The translations under genes were made by a program, and so were the position numbers. DNA of 64,000 nucleotides from Candidatus Latescibacterota bacterium (lineage in GTDB: Bacteria; Latescibacterota; UBA2968; UBA8231): positions 3,360,001 through 3,424,000 of the forward strand of contig OZ241867.1 in assembly GCA_965203175.1 (NCBI GenBank), read 5' to 3'. The notes under the pieces were generated by a model. It worked only from the letters and a program-made list of their open reading frames with translations. It was not told where the DNA came from and made no database searches. This document shows, one piece after another, positions 35,952-46,052 of the stretch. Every line of letters begins with the position of its first letter. The first letter of the stretch is position 1.

Positions 35952-38900
35952 TTAGCCTCCGACTCCGAGTGAGTTGTTCGATCCTACCTGTTCTGGAATC
36001 GAGTCGATACCACAATAGGGATAGCCTTGGAAATATCGCCAACCCGTATCATGTATTAGCAGCGATTTCAGTTTCTGAGACACACAACCGTGAAATGAAT
36101 TGTCTCGCACGGCGAAGATTTTAAGAGAGGAGCCAATCAACTGGTTAGGGAATGGTCCACTAAGCTGATTGAGATTGATGCGAACCTCGATTAAGCGATC
36201 CATACCAGACCAAGATGAAGGCACCGATCCTGTGAGTTGATTCCGATGAAGAAGCAATTTCTCCAAAACAGACAGCTCTCCCCACTCAGCGGGTAGCTCT
36301 CCCACAAGACGACATCCCTCCAGATTCAACTCTTGCAGTTTTGCAAGTTGTCCCCATTCAGGTGGCAAGGAAGCATCCAACGGATTATACGACAGGTCCA
36401 AAGTCGTCAAATTGGGAAGCTGTCCAAGCTCTGGTGGCAGAGGTCCCGTCAAGATATTATCCCGAAGGACTAGCCTCTCAAGAGATTTCAGTTGTCCTAA
36501 TTCCGGTGGAATAGCCCCGGACACCTCTGTGTTGACCAAGTAGAACGTTTGGAGGTTAGAAAGTTGTCCCAACTCGGGCGGAATCGCTCCCGAAAGAAAA
36601 AGATTGCCTTCAAGGTTCAAGTATTTGAGAGAGTCTATCTGCCCCAACTCGGGAGGAATGGCTCCTTCGAGTTGATTGTACCCCAACTCCAATACCTCCA
36701 GCTTAGACATTTGTCCCAACTCGGGCGGGATCGCTCCAGAGAGAAGGCCTTTTTCGCTGAACTCTGAAGGCGATCCTCCAAGCCTGAGAATCTTCAAGTT
36801 CTTGAGATCGGCAATCTCTTTGGGGATAGATCCGGAGAATTGATTGTGACCAAGCCCCAACTCCTCAAGCGAGTCGAGTTGTCCGATCTCAGGCGGAATT
36901 TCTCCATCAAAAAGATGTCCATACAAAGAGAGAATTCTCAGACGTTTCAATCCTGCTATTGTCGGTGGAAGGGGACCGGATAAGCCGTCAGTGACCGAGC
37001 CACCCCTACCACAATGGAATTCCTCAAGCTGAGAAAGATTTCCAATCTCAGGGGGTAACTGGCCAGAGAAAGCACTGCCTTCCAGGTTGAGATATATCAA
37101 GGAAGCAAGTTGTCCGATCTCAGGTGGTATGGGGCCAGTCAACTTGTTCCCATTTAAGATGAGCGTTTCCAGGTGGACTAACTGGCCTAATTCGGCAGGA
37201 AATGGGCCAGTCAAGCGATTATTTGAAAGGTCCAATTCTTCTAAATAGGTCAATTTTCCCAGAACGGCTGGCAGCACATGACCTTCCAGATCTCGCCGTT
37301 CGTCGGGCTGTTTCAATGAGATGACGCGGCCTTCGGCGTTGGTTTTGACCCCCTGCCATTTGGCTAGCGATCCCTCTGAATTCCAGTGACGCCACACGGT
37401 GCTATTATCAGGAGACCCCATAGCTTCGTAGAACTCAATCAGCGCAGCCCTATCAGAGGCAACCGATGAGATAGAGCCGGTCAACGGATTTTCTGTGAGG
37501 TTGAGCGTTTTCAGGTTGGTCAGTTGGTCTAATTCGGGTGGAATAGAGCCAGTCAATTGGTTGTTGGATAGATCCAGCGTTTCGAGGTTGGTCAGTTGTC
37601 CCAAGGTCGCCGGGATCGATCCGTCCAATTGGTTATTGGACAGGTCCAATGTTTTCAAGTTGGTCAGTTGGTCTAATTCGGGTGGAATAGAGCCAGTCAA
37701 TCGGTTATCGGATAGGTCTAGCGTTTCGAGGTTAGTCAGTTGTCCCAAGGTCGCCGGTATTGGACCGGTCAACCAGTTATCGGACAGTATGAGTGTTTCA
37801 AGGTTCGCTAATTGTCCCAAGGTGGCCGGTATCGGCCCCTCTAACCAGTTCAGTTTAGTACCATAAGAGACATCGTAGTACGTTCTAGCTATGTCGTTAC
37901 CGAGGTTGAGCATTTTCAGGTTGGTCAGTTGGCCCAATTCAGGCGGCAGCGAACCCCTTAAACCGAGACTATTGAGGATGAGTTCTTCCAGATAAGTTAG
38001 CTGGCCCAATTCAGGCACCAATTCTGTTTCACTGAAGCGTGATTGCTGATAGTTCTGACCACTCAAAGTGGAAATATGTACATATATGGAACGGTCCCAG
38101 CCGGCCTTGGACGGAGAAATCCTCAGTGAAATGACGCGGCCGTCGGAATTGGTTTGGACGTATACCCACTCGTCTAAAGGGGCCTCGCTTTTCCAGTTGC
38201 CCTCGCTTAAAAGACCACGCGGATTATTTCGGTTTGTTCTCGTCGCGTCGTAGAATGCCTCTAGTGCCGCCTTATCGGAGGCGGCGGATCCCTCTGGAGC
38301 GGGAGGCAAGGATGCGGGAGGCACCGGCTCGCCGATGCCCAATGGGTTGGTCCCATCTTGTTCGGCCGTCAAGAAACCGCCCAACAGAGCGAGATCCGTC
38401 CAGTCTATTTGTCCGTCAGCGTTGACGTCTCCTAGCTGTATGTTGCCACCCGGAGGGACCGTGCCATTCAACAGGTAAGCGAAAAGAACAAGCGCATCGT
38501 CCCCATCGACGGTTTGGTCTCCATCCACATCGCCTAAGAGAGGGGACGCCCCGTTTTCTACGAGCTTGCCCGCAGGATGTGACCGGGGAACCTCATCAAC
38601 GGTTTGGCCTTGATCCGCATCGCCGCTCTCTGCGAGTTTGTCCACAGGATATGCCGGGACCTCATTGATAGTTATGACCTTCCCTGTAAAGACAAACGCC
38701 GTGTCCACATAGGTTGCCATATAAGGCCCGGAAACGCCCAACCAATAGCTCGGCCGTTGAGGAACAGAGACCTCGAAGTTACCTTGGTTATCCACGGGCG
38801 CACGAGCCAGTACCACCAGACGCTCCGCGTCTATGATAACTACCTCGGCCTTCGACATTGAAGATCCCTCAACCGTCATAATTTGGCCTCGTTGGGCCTG

Positions 38901-39200
38901 TTCTGGGCCAGACGGATAGAGGGGATTGGCGGACTGGTTTTCAGGCCGACGGTCGTCGTCGCCACAAGCTACCATCGACAAGGTGAACGTCAGAACCAAC
39001 AGGCTACGTATGGTACATTTTCCCGGTTTAGTCTCTTTGCGCCATAGGCAGCAGGAGAACACGCGGGCTTTCCTTCTTCCTACCTTCCCATCACACCATA
39101 CCCGTTTTGAAAAGCTAAAAGACTCCGAGACAATAGGCGTCTTGGGGACGCATGACAGGACGAAGAGCAGAAATTCTACGAGGGCGGCGAGGCGAGACAT
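35952..39200 (-). CDS. Eukaryote-like leucine-rich repeat lipoprotein with dockerin-like domain
   Basis: Many 24-aa plant-type LRRs (LxxLdLSxNxLtGxIPxeLgqL), two LRR-NT caps (SDxAALxxFY), GDVDGD/GDVNAD dockerin-like pair; start uncertain. Confidence 0.88.
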   Translation of the reverse strand: MSRLAALVEFLLFVLSCVPKTPIVSESFSFSKRVWCDGKVGRRKARVFSCCLWRKETKPGKCTIRSLLVLTFTLSMVACGDDDRRPENQSANPLYPSGPEQAQRGQIMTVEGSSMSKAEVVIIDAERLVVLARAPVDNQGNFEVSVPQRPSYWLGVSGPYMATYVDTAFVFTGKVITINEVPAYPVDKLAESGDADQGQTVDEVPRSHPAGKLVENGASPLLGDVDGDQTVDGDDALVLFAYLLNGTVPPGGNIQLGDVNADGQIDWTDLALLGGFLTAEQDGTNPLGIGEPVPPASLPPAPEGSAASDKAALEAFYDATRTNRNNPRGLLSEGNWKSEAPLDEWVYVQTNSDGRVISLRISPSKAGWDRSIYVHISTLSGQNYQQSRFSETELVPELGQLTYLEELILNSLGLRGSLPPELGQLTNLKMLNLGNDIARTYYDVSYGTKLNWLEGPIPATLGQLANLETLILSDNWLTGPIPATLGQLTNLETLDLSDNRLTGSIPPELDQLTNLKTLDLSNNQLDGSIPATLGQLTNLETLDLSNNQLTGSIPPELDQLTNLKTLNLTENPLTGSISSVASDRAALIEFYEAMGSPDNSTVWRHWNSEGSLAKWQGVKTNAEGRVISLKQPDERRDLEGHVLPAVLGKLTYLEELDLSNNRLTGPFPAELGQLVHLETLILNGNKLTGPIPPEIGQLASLIYLNLEGSAFSGQLPPEIGNLSQLEEFHCGRGGSVTDGLSGPLPPTIAGLKRLRILSLYGHLFDGEIPPEIGQLDSLEELGLGHNQFSGSIPKEIADLKNLKILRLGGSPSEFSEKGLLSGAIPPELGQMSKLEVLELGYNQLEGAIPPELGQIDSLKYLNLEGNLFLSGAIPPELGQLSNLQTFYLVNTEVSGAIPPELGQLKSLERLVLRDNILTGPLPPELGQLPNLTTLDLSYNPLDASLPPEWGQLAKLQELNLEGCRLVGELPAEWGELSVLEKLLLHRNQLTGSVPSSWSGMDRLIEVRINLNQLSGPFPNQLIGSSLKIFAVRDNSFHGCVSQKLKSLLIHDTGWRYFQGYPYCGIDSIPEQVGSNNSLGVGG

Positions 39201-39252
39201 GACGCATCTCCTTGAACGGGAGGAACAGGAGGCCCCCGAAGGGGCCGGGCCA

Positions 39253-39387
39253 GTTCACATTCCCGCAGAGATGCAGAAAGGTTCTACCTATTCGCCAAGG
39301 CGGAAGGGAGCTACCCTTCGCCGGGTCATGGCTGTTGTATTCAGCAGAGGACCCGACTAAGCACGGGTTCTCCACGAGAATGTGAAC
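39253..39387 (-). ncRNA. Candidate structured RNA (135 nt), unknown class
   Basis: 5' GTTCACATTCTCGTGGAGA pairs with 3' TCTCTGCGGGAATGTGAAC (19 bp including G-U); internal hairpins; starts 7 nt after a consensus -10. Confidence 0.62.
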
Positions 39388-39393
39388 GCCTCC

Positions 39394-39422
39394 ATTGTAC
39401 TACGGCTGGACGCGCCGGTCAA
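39394..39422 (-). promoter_or_regulatory. Sigma70 promoter
   Basis: TTGACC-17 bp-TACAAT on the minus strand. Confidence 0.75.
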
Positions 39423-39715
39423 GCAAAGCGCAAAATCCTCTTGATGACTTCATTATTTTTTGATATATATAAGTTCATGGCTTCGCTATTCGTATAGAAA
39501 CACCCCCCAAGCGAAACTTACCCCAGACACATAATCGCGGCCGCGTATAAGATGCTGGTTGACTCTGACCAGTTCTGTGTGGCGTACCATGACTAGCACG
39601 TGACGGGATTGGGCCGTTCTGCTTATGCCAAAATGGTCAACCAAACCTCGGACGCTCCCGACGGAGCAGGCATCGTGTGGACATGGACGGCCATAGTCAA
39701 CGGAGGTGAAGCCGT

Positions 39716-39931
39716 ATGCACCGATTTGATCCTGATCGCTATTATCGAACGAACGACCCCGAGCTCGCCGTGATTGCCACGCGTGGTACGCTGAGTCAAT
39801 GGCGCCATCGCGGCGAAGGGCCGCCGTATATCCGCTTCGGAAATCGCGTACTCTACGAGGGCCGTGCGTTGAACGAATGGCTTGATGCACACATAGTTCA
39901 TCCTACCAATCCCCGAGTAAGGATGGATTGA
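39716..39931 (+). CDS. Excisionase/AlpA-like HTH DNA-binding protein
   Basis: RBS GGAGGTG; TLSQWRHRGEGPPYIRFGNRVLYEGRALNEWL. Confidence 0.85.
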   Translation: MHRFDPDRYYRTNDPELAVIATRGTLSQWRHRGEGPPYIRFGNRVLYEGRALNEWLDAHIVHPTNPRVRMD

Positions 39932-39935
39932 CCCC

Positions 39936-41102
39936 ATGCTCGCCAAACCGACCTTTTCCGATTGGGAGGCCGTCGCCGACCATTGGAAACTGCGGCGAGT
40001 AGGCCGCGAGCTTTCCGGCCCTTGCCCCTTGTGCGGAGGCCGCGACCGTTTCCACGTCCGCGAGGAAAGCGCCGGCGCGGTCGTAGGTTGCCGCGGCTGT
40101 ATCGACGGCCAACCGCAAGGCCGTGCCCGCTTTGGCGAGCTGATGCACTTGGTGTTTGGCGACCGCTTTTTGCCGAAATCACCAAAATCGCGTCAGAGGC
40201 TCCAAAACGGCCCTGTAAGCCACCCAAGGGAACACACCAGCGAACCAGCTCGCGCAGTCGAGCAGACCAAAAGCCAACGCCGCGCCGCCGAATTTGGCCG
40301 CCGCTTGTGGAGCGAAGCTGAGCGGATCCCCACACCCTCGAGCACTGGCCCGTCCGACACGTCACCGCCGAGGTTATGGTTTGCAGCTCGTAGCTTGCTG
40401 CACCCTTGGCAGACCCCACCGCCAGCGATCCGCTACCATGCGAGCAAGCAATTGATTGTCACTGGACTGTGGTCCCTCGACGCGGTCCGCACCGCTTGGC
40501 CCGGGCTACCTACCGATCCGCCGCCGGCCGTCCACTGTATAGCGATCGATGAGGAGGGCCAGAAGCGATACCCGCCGCGCAGGACGGATGAAAGGGGTCA
40601 CCGGCACGACAAGCGCACCTATGGCCAGATTACCTACACCGGCGCAGTCTTGGCGCTGGGCGACCCCGAAGCCGTGGCCGATCCCGTTCACATCTGCGAA
40701 GGCGTAGCCGACGCCCTAGCCATCTATTCGCGCAGGCCCGGACTTGTGCTAGCTAGCATCACGACTGTTACGGCCGTAATCAAGCGCCCCGGAGTGTTGC
40801 GACGCATCTACGATAGTCGCCGCGCCTATATCTGGTCGGACATCGACGCCAACCGGCAAGGCCAAGACGCCGGTGCACAACTAGCCGAGGCCCTGAAAGC
40901 GGCAGGCATCACTACCGCGACCGCGACAGGCGACGAAGGCCAAGACCCCGCCCAATGGAGCGCTGAGCTAGGTTGGCCCGTACTAGCTCCCGATCAATTC
41001 GCAGAAATCGCCGGCAAGTCCCTTGACGACGGACAACCGCTTGCCGAGGCCGATCGGATAGCTATTCATACCCTAACAACAGCGCAAGGAAACCAACATT
41101 GA
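39936..41102 (+). CDS. DNA primase (Zn-binding domain plus TOPRIM)
   Basis: GPCPLCGGRDRF...GCRGC zinc finger; ICEGVADALAI and WSDID TOPRIM motifs. Confidence 0.82.
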   Translation: MLAKPTFSDWEAVADHWKLRRVGRELSGPCPLCGGRDRFHVREESAGAVVGCRGCIDGQPQGRARFGELMHLVFGDRFLPKSPKSRQRLQNGPVSHPREHTSEPARAVEQTKSQRRAAEFGRRLWSEAERIPTPSSTGPSDTSPPRLWFAARSLLHPWQTPPPAIRYHASKQLIVTGLWSLDAVRTAWPGLPTDPPPAVHCIAIDEEGQKRYPPRRTDERGHRHDKRTYGQITYTGAVLALGDPEAVADPVHICEGVADALAIYSRRPGLVLASITTVTAVIKRPGVLRRIYDSRRAYIWSDIDANRQGQDAGAQLAEALKAAGITTATATGDEGQDPAQWSAELGWPVLAPDQFAEIAGKSLDDGQPLAEADRIAIHTLTTAQGNQH

Positions 41103-42256
41103 CCCATTACAACCCCCCAACCTCGGCCCACGAAGTCAAAGGCGACCCTCAAGCGCCGCTGCCGCTTGAAGTGATCCAGCAACAGGCCCTCGAAGCCCTC
41201 GACCGAGGCGACTACGAGGCGCTGGCCGAAGTGCTGACTAGCGCCCGTATCCGTTGCGAAGATGAGGCTGACACCCGACCTAGCTGCGAGGCCGTCCGCG
41301 CCGCCTTCGAGCAAGTGGACGGCGATAGCTTGCCCCAAGCCATCGCGAAGGCCGAAACCTTGATCCAGTGGGAACGGCGACCAAAAGCCCGCGCCGCGCA
41401 TAAAATCAACGATCCCCAACCCGCGCCCTTGCTAAAAGCGGCAGGACAAGACGGCCCGCTCTTGACTGCCGGCATGGTGGCGACCCTATCCGGCGCAGGT
41501 GGCACGGGCAAAAGCAAGTTAGCGCTACAAATCGCCTTACAGTTCGCCGAGGCCAACGAGTATGGCCTGACCCCCGACAAACTATGGGAGGCCGCTGCTG
41601 GTTCGGTCCTTGTTTGCACCTACGAAGATGCGGCCGGAATGACCGCCGATTATTTACGCCAGCAGGCCAAGTGCTTGAATTGCCCCGGAGGAGTAGCACA
41701 TGTCAAGGTCCTCGACTTGGCAGGGTATCCGCTTTTCGGTCCTGGCGAAGCGCAAAGCTATAACACCCGCCCATCTCGATTGTTCGGTTTCCACGTGCTA
41801 GCCGACGCCGCCGAGAAAATCGGCCCGCGCCTTATCGTGATCGACCCGGCGCTTTTCGCATATGTTGGCGAGGCCAACGCCACCTCGCCCGTCCGCGAGT
41901 TTGTCGCAGCGCTGGCCCAGCTAGCTAGCCAGCACAACGCCGCCGTGCTATTGGTTGCCCATTCGACTAAGGGCGCTCGCTTAAGCAACAGCAACAGCAA
42001 GCCCGATCTATTCGACGCCGGACAAATGAGTGGATCCGCCGGATGGCACGACGCGGCCCGTGCTTGCCTTGTGCTGACCCGCGAGACAGACGACCCGACC
42101 CGCTGGACGCTAGCCGTTGCAAAAGCCAACTACGGCCCGTCTTTCATAAAGACCTTGCTCAAGTACGAACACCCCGTTTTTCGTGCTGCTGATAGCCCCG
42201 CTTGGAAGGACAAAGACGGCCAACCCACTACCCAAGAAGACAACCCTTATGCCTAA
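41099..42256 (+). CDS. RepA-type (AAA_25) helicase
   Basis: LSGAGGTGKS, YED, LIVIDP, LLVAHSTKG, MSGSAGWHDAAR, KANYGP. Confidence 0.85.
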   Translation: MTHYNPPTSAHEVKGDPQAPLPLEVIQQQALEALDRGDYEALAEVLTSARIRCEDEADTRPSCEAVRAAFEQVDGDSLPQAIAKAETLIQWERRPKARAAHKINDPQPAPLLKAAGQDGPLLTAGMVATLSGAGGTGKSKLALQIALQFAEANEYGLTPDKLWEAAAGSVLVCTYEDAAGMTADYLRQQAKCLNCPGGVAHVKVLDLAGYPLFGPGEAQSYNTRPSRLFGFHVLADAAEKIGPRLIVIDPALFAYVGEANATSPVREFVAALAQLASQHNAAVLLVAHSTKGARLSNSNSKPDLFDAGQMSGSAGWHDAARACLVLTRETDDPTRWTLAVAKANYGPSFIKTLLKYEHPVFRAADSPAWKDKDGQPTTQEDNPYA

Positions 42257-43769
42257 GACGCCGACCCTATCGACGGCGACCACGACCGCCGAAATCCTAG
42301 AGGCAACAGCCCGTTTCTGTTGGTATGAATCCTATAACAACAGCGAGGATTGCCCCACCCAACAGATCCCCACCGAAACCGACCTATACCAAGAACCAAC
42401 CCTTTGGGATCTCGACCGACCCCCTTGGCCCATGGCCCGAGGCTATCCACTTCGGGGCGATCTGCTCAACGAGGTGCGTTCACGGCTGACCCAGTTGACC
42501 AAGTGGATAGCCCCGCATATTAAAGGCGGTATATGGGACGTGTACGCCACTGACTTTAACAGCGGGTGTTTGGAGTTCACGTACCGCCACGCTCCAGACC
42601 GCCCTCCGTTTTTGGGCTGCGAGATTGAAGATATACAGATTGCCTTTCGCAAAGCAGCTCAAGACGGCGACCCGCCCAAGCACCCGATCGTCCTAATGGT
42701 CGAGGCGTGGCAACAAAGGCCCCGGTCGGTAGAAACCGACCGCAAGCAGCACGGTATCCTTCCCCTTGTGTTGAAGGCGACACAACTACACCCACAAGAC
42801 GCAACCGAAAGCGACAACCGCAACGGGCAACTCCCCTTTGTTTCGACCCCTAACCCTTTGGGAAAGTATCACAGCCAACAAGCGGAGCTACCCTTTTTAG
42901 AAACACCCAAGCCCGGCAAGTTTATCCCCGCCCTACCCGTGCAGCGTTATGACCTGGCAGGTGGGCCGACACGTACCAAAGGTCCCGGAGCGCCCTACGC
43001 ACAGCGCCTTTTCTTTGAGGCGCTTATGTCCGTTCCACGTCAAGACCGGATAGCGCACATGTCCAGCAAAGTTACCCTTACACTGCGCGATTTAGTGGCT
43101 TGGATATGGCCCAAGGGCTGGGAGCGTAAACGCAACTTGCCCGCGCTGGCTCGGGCGCTCGAAGATTTAAACAAGATGGTGATAAGATGGGAGCGCCGCG
43201 ATTGGATTCTTGTTGTCTGCCGCTCCTTTCCAACATGGGAAACTAAGCTAGAAGACTTGATATGCTTGGAAGTTTTCAACTTACCCGGCAGCGACCAAGG
43301 CCCCTTGATTAACCGCTTCTGGTCCCGGCACTGGGGGTTGGTATGTTTCACAGCCTACCGATCTTACTTACGGCTGGCCTACATTTGGGACGATGTGAAA
43401 GCCAAGCGCGGAGGCCGTCGCGTCTTTGCAACCCGCCCGAAGGTACTACGAGACGAACAGGACCGGCTTGTGAACGCCAAAGGCGAGCTTATCCTTAAAG
43501 GCGGCCAGCCTGTCAAAGATTGGAGCCACCCGCAAGCGATCCAAACCGGCAAGCTTGAGCGCAATCCAGCAGCCGACCACGTGCCCGAGCTTGGCCCCGA
43601 CGATCTGGCCGAGCTCGGATTCAACGACGACCCTAACTTGACCCGGCAGCAGATAGCCGACCGCGCCCGCAAAACTCGTGTTGCTTTGCGGAAAATGGAG
43701 GCCGCCGGCGCGGTTGTATTGGAAACAGACCAATACGGCGGAGTAAGGGTTCTAGAACCGGCAGGGTAA
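42249..43769 (+). CDS. Hypothetical protein, probable replication initiator
   Basis: ATG 42249 overlaps the helicase end; winged-helix-like segment (TLRDLVAWIWP...LARALEDL); iterons lie just downstream. Confidence 0.55.
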   Translation: MPKTPTLSTATTTAEILEATARFCWYESYNNSEDCPTQQIPTETDLYQEPTLWDLDRPPWPMARGYPLRGDLLNEVRSRLTQLTKWIAPHIKGGIWDVYATDFNSGCLEFTYRHAPDRPPFLGCEIEDIQIAFRKAAQDGDPPKHPIVLMVEAWQQRPRSVETDRKQHGILPLVLKATQLHPQDATESDNRNGQLPFVSTPNPLGKYHSQQAELPFLETPKPGKFIPALPVQRYDLAGGPTRTKGPGAPYAQRLFFEALMSVPRQDRIAHMSSKVTLTLRDLVAWIWPKGWERKRNLPALARALEDLNKMVIRWERRDWILVVCRSFPTWETKLEDLICLEVFNLPGSDQGPLINRFWSRHWGLVCFTAYRSYLRLAYIWDDVKAKRGGRRVFATRPKVLRDEQDRLVNAKGELILKGGQPVKDWSHPQAIQTGKLERNPAADHVPELGPDDLAELGFNDDPNLTRQQIADRARKTRVALRKMEAAGAVVLETDQYGGVRVLEPAG

Positions 43770-43788
43770 AGGCCGAAGCCTGTGCACG

Positions 43789-43880
43789 TGGCCTATTAAC
43801 GAATTAACTGGCAAAACACGCTAATAGGCCATATGGAACACGCTAATAGGCCATATGGAACACGCTAATAGGCCATATGA
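43789..43880. repeat. Iterons: three 22-bp direct repeats plus an inverted partial copy (putative origin)
   Basis: AACACGCTAATAGGCCATATGG x3 at 43815-43880; inverted TGGCCTATTAACG at 43789-43801. Confidence 0.85.
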
Positions 43881-44101
43881 AGGCCGAAATTAAAGAGAGA
43901 AACCGCCATCGCAACAGAGACAACAGGTACACAGGTTGTTGTTGTCCCAGCGGCAGACCGATCGCTGGGGCGACCGACTGCCGCTAGAAAAAAATCGACC
44001 GCGCCACGGTGGGGCGCATCGGCCCGCCGTCCCTAGAAAAGAAAAACGCAGTTAGTGCCCGCCTCGACTCCCGCGCGGTCGGGTATCTTTGGAGGTGAGT
44101 T

Positions 44102-44692
44102 ATGAACAAGGCTGAAGAGACAATTCGGACCGCGTATCAGGAAAAAATCGACGCGGTTATCGACTATTGGGACAGCCAAGAGTACGACCCTTGTAACACT
44201 CAAAAGAAATGGCGAGCCGTCCGCATTCTACAAGACGAAATGGCCGAAGCGCTCAAAGACCTAGCGCAAAATCTCGGGCAGCCATCGCGAGTACTAAAAA
44301 CGTTTGACGATGCCCGCGAGCGGCTGTTGGAGATGGCGGTCGAGGCCCGCAACGCCGGCGATTTCAAGACCGAGCAAAGATGTCTGGTGGAATATCTGCG
44401 CTCAGATCGTCGGCCAGCGACGGCCGCCAACTCGGAGCAAGGTGCCGTCTATCAGACCCTTGTACTCAACTACATCAACAACGCGGCAGATAGCGATGGC
44501 CGGCTGCCGCTTTGGGAAGAGGTCGAGGCCGCTATCACGGCGGTTTTACCCCACGCGAAAAAACGAGAAAAAAAACAGCTCTTGGCCGCGCTGGGCTTTG
44601 GTCTGGCCCGCGATTGGTCGAATGGTTCCGCTGGCGCACTGCGTTTGACTCCCCTCGCAGCCCAAGACGGCGCAGGAAACGAGGTCGAGTAA
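44102..44692 (+). CDS. Hypothetical protein
   Basis: RBS GGAGGTG, 196 aa helical ORF. Confidence 0.7.
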   Translation: MNKAEETIRTAYQEKIDAVIDYWDSQEYDPCNTQKKWRAVRILQDEMAEALKDLAQNLGQPSRVLKTFDDARERLLEMAVEARNAGDFKTEQRCLVEYLRSDRRPATAANSEQGAVYQTLVLNYINNAADSDGRLPLWEEVEAAITAVLPHAKKREKKQLLAALGFGLARDWSNGSAGALRLTPLAAQDGAGNEVE

Positions 44693-45867
44693 TGGCACTC
44701 CCTAGCTCGTGGTGGTGATAGATCTACAAGTCCCAGCCGCCCACAGACGAGCACACACACTTTTTTGCACGTCAACACACGCACCAGAGCGAACCCTTGC
44801 CCCCGGACCTTGGGACAGCGCCAAACCCCGGAATACGCTCTATAGTGGCGGTCAGTGCGCGCCGCGCCACGGCAGCGCACGCCAAGACCGCCGCGCACAC
44901 GGGATTTTCAGCCCTCGCTGGCGTAGGAAGCACCCCCGCCGCGTTTGTAGTATACGGGGCGAAGGATAGGACAGAATTTCACTGAGCGGCCCCCGCGCCC
45001 CATTCTACACCGTCCATTGCCTATCTGCGTTGGCCGCACAAGGCCAGCGGCGAAAGGAACGAGCGCTGCCGTTTTGACTTCGCTCGCTCGCCTTGCGCTC
45101 TGAGACTTGGTGCGCATCGGTGTCCGCTTCTCGGCCAGAGCCAGAACAATCTCGGCAAACTGCGCCGAGAACGTTCTGGCTCAGCTACCCGGAATCGCGC
45201 GAGGTCAAGTATATCGCCTTGACCACTGATCGAGGTTGACCACCGACCGACGTATTGATTGAGCTATGAGGCCCGCGCATAATGGACGAGTTGAACGGCG
45301 ATCTATTTAGGCCACAGTGAAAGGCAAGTTGGGAAGCGCTAAAATAGAAACGCCGGCCGCTATGTGGACACTTCACGACCGGCACTCCACCTTGCGAATA
45401 TCAAGAGAGCGACCCTTGACGGCCACGAAGGTATCGCCGCAACGCCCAGGTCAAGACGCCCACCCCGTATACAACCTTGTGTTATATAATAGGGCGGAAG
45501 GTAGGGCAATTTTCCACCGCACAGGCCCCTCGCTCCCTCATTTCAGCAGCGATCGACGATCAAAAAGGGGCACGATTGCGGATTTGGGCGGATCTCCCCA
45601 CACGTACGCGCATCACGCGCGCGATAGCGATAGATGGTAAGGAGTGCACCCCCTCGTCTTTTCTGGCCCGCTTTGTTTGCCCTGGCCTAGTGCCAGAGCA
45701 GCCCACCCCGCCCCCCATCGCCATTATAACCGCCCTCGACCATCACCGCCGCCAGAGCGCCCCAAACGCCGTCTAAGTGTTTCGCCGGCCTCTTGCTTGG
45801 ACATGGGAAAGGCCGAGCTTGTAGCACCTGGACGGGAAAGCAGCAGCCGTGCAGAAGAACCGACACA

Positions 45868-46052
45868 CCCCGCTACATCAGGCTAGTACCCAAAATTTCA
45901 GGCCAGCCTGACGACCTGAAGGCCGCAGGCCCAACCCTGGCCCCTTTCTACGCCGTCCATTACCGACCGAGGAGCGGCGCTAACTGCGAAAGTTGTCCAC
46001 ATCATCACGCCCGCCCTGTTGCCCCGCAGGTGTGGACAATTTCAACGCGCCG
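45868..46052. repeat. Diverged ~185-bp non-coding direct repeat, copy 2
   Basis: See 34765-34951; contains the inverted pair TTGTCCACA / TGTGGACAA. Confidence 0.8.
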
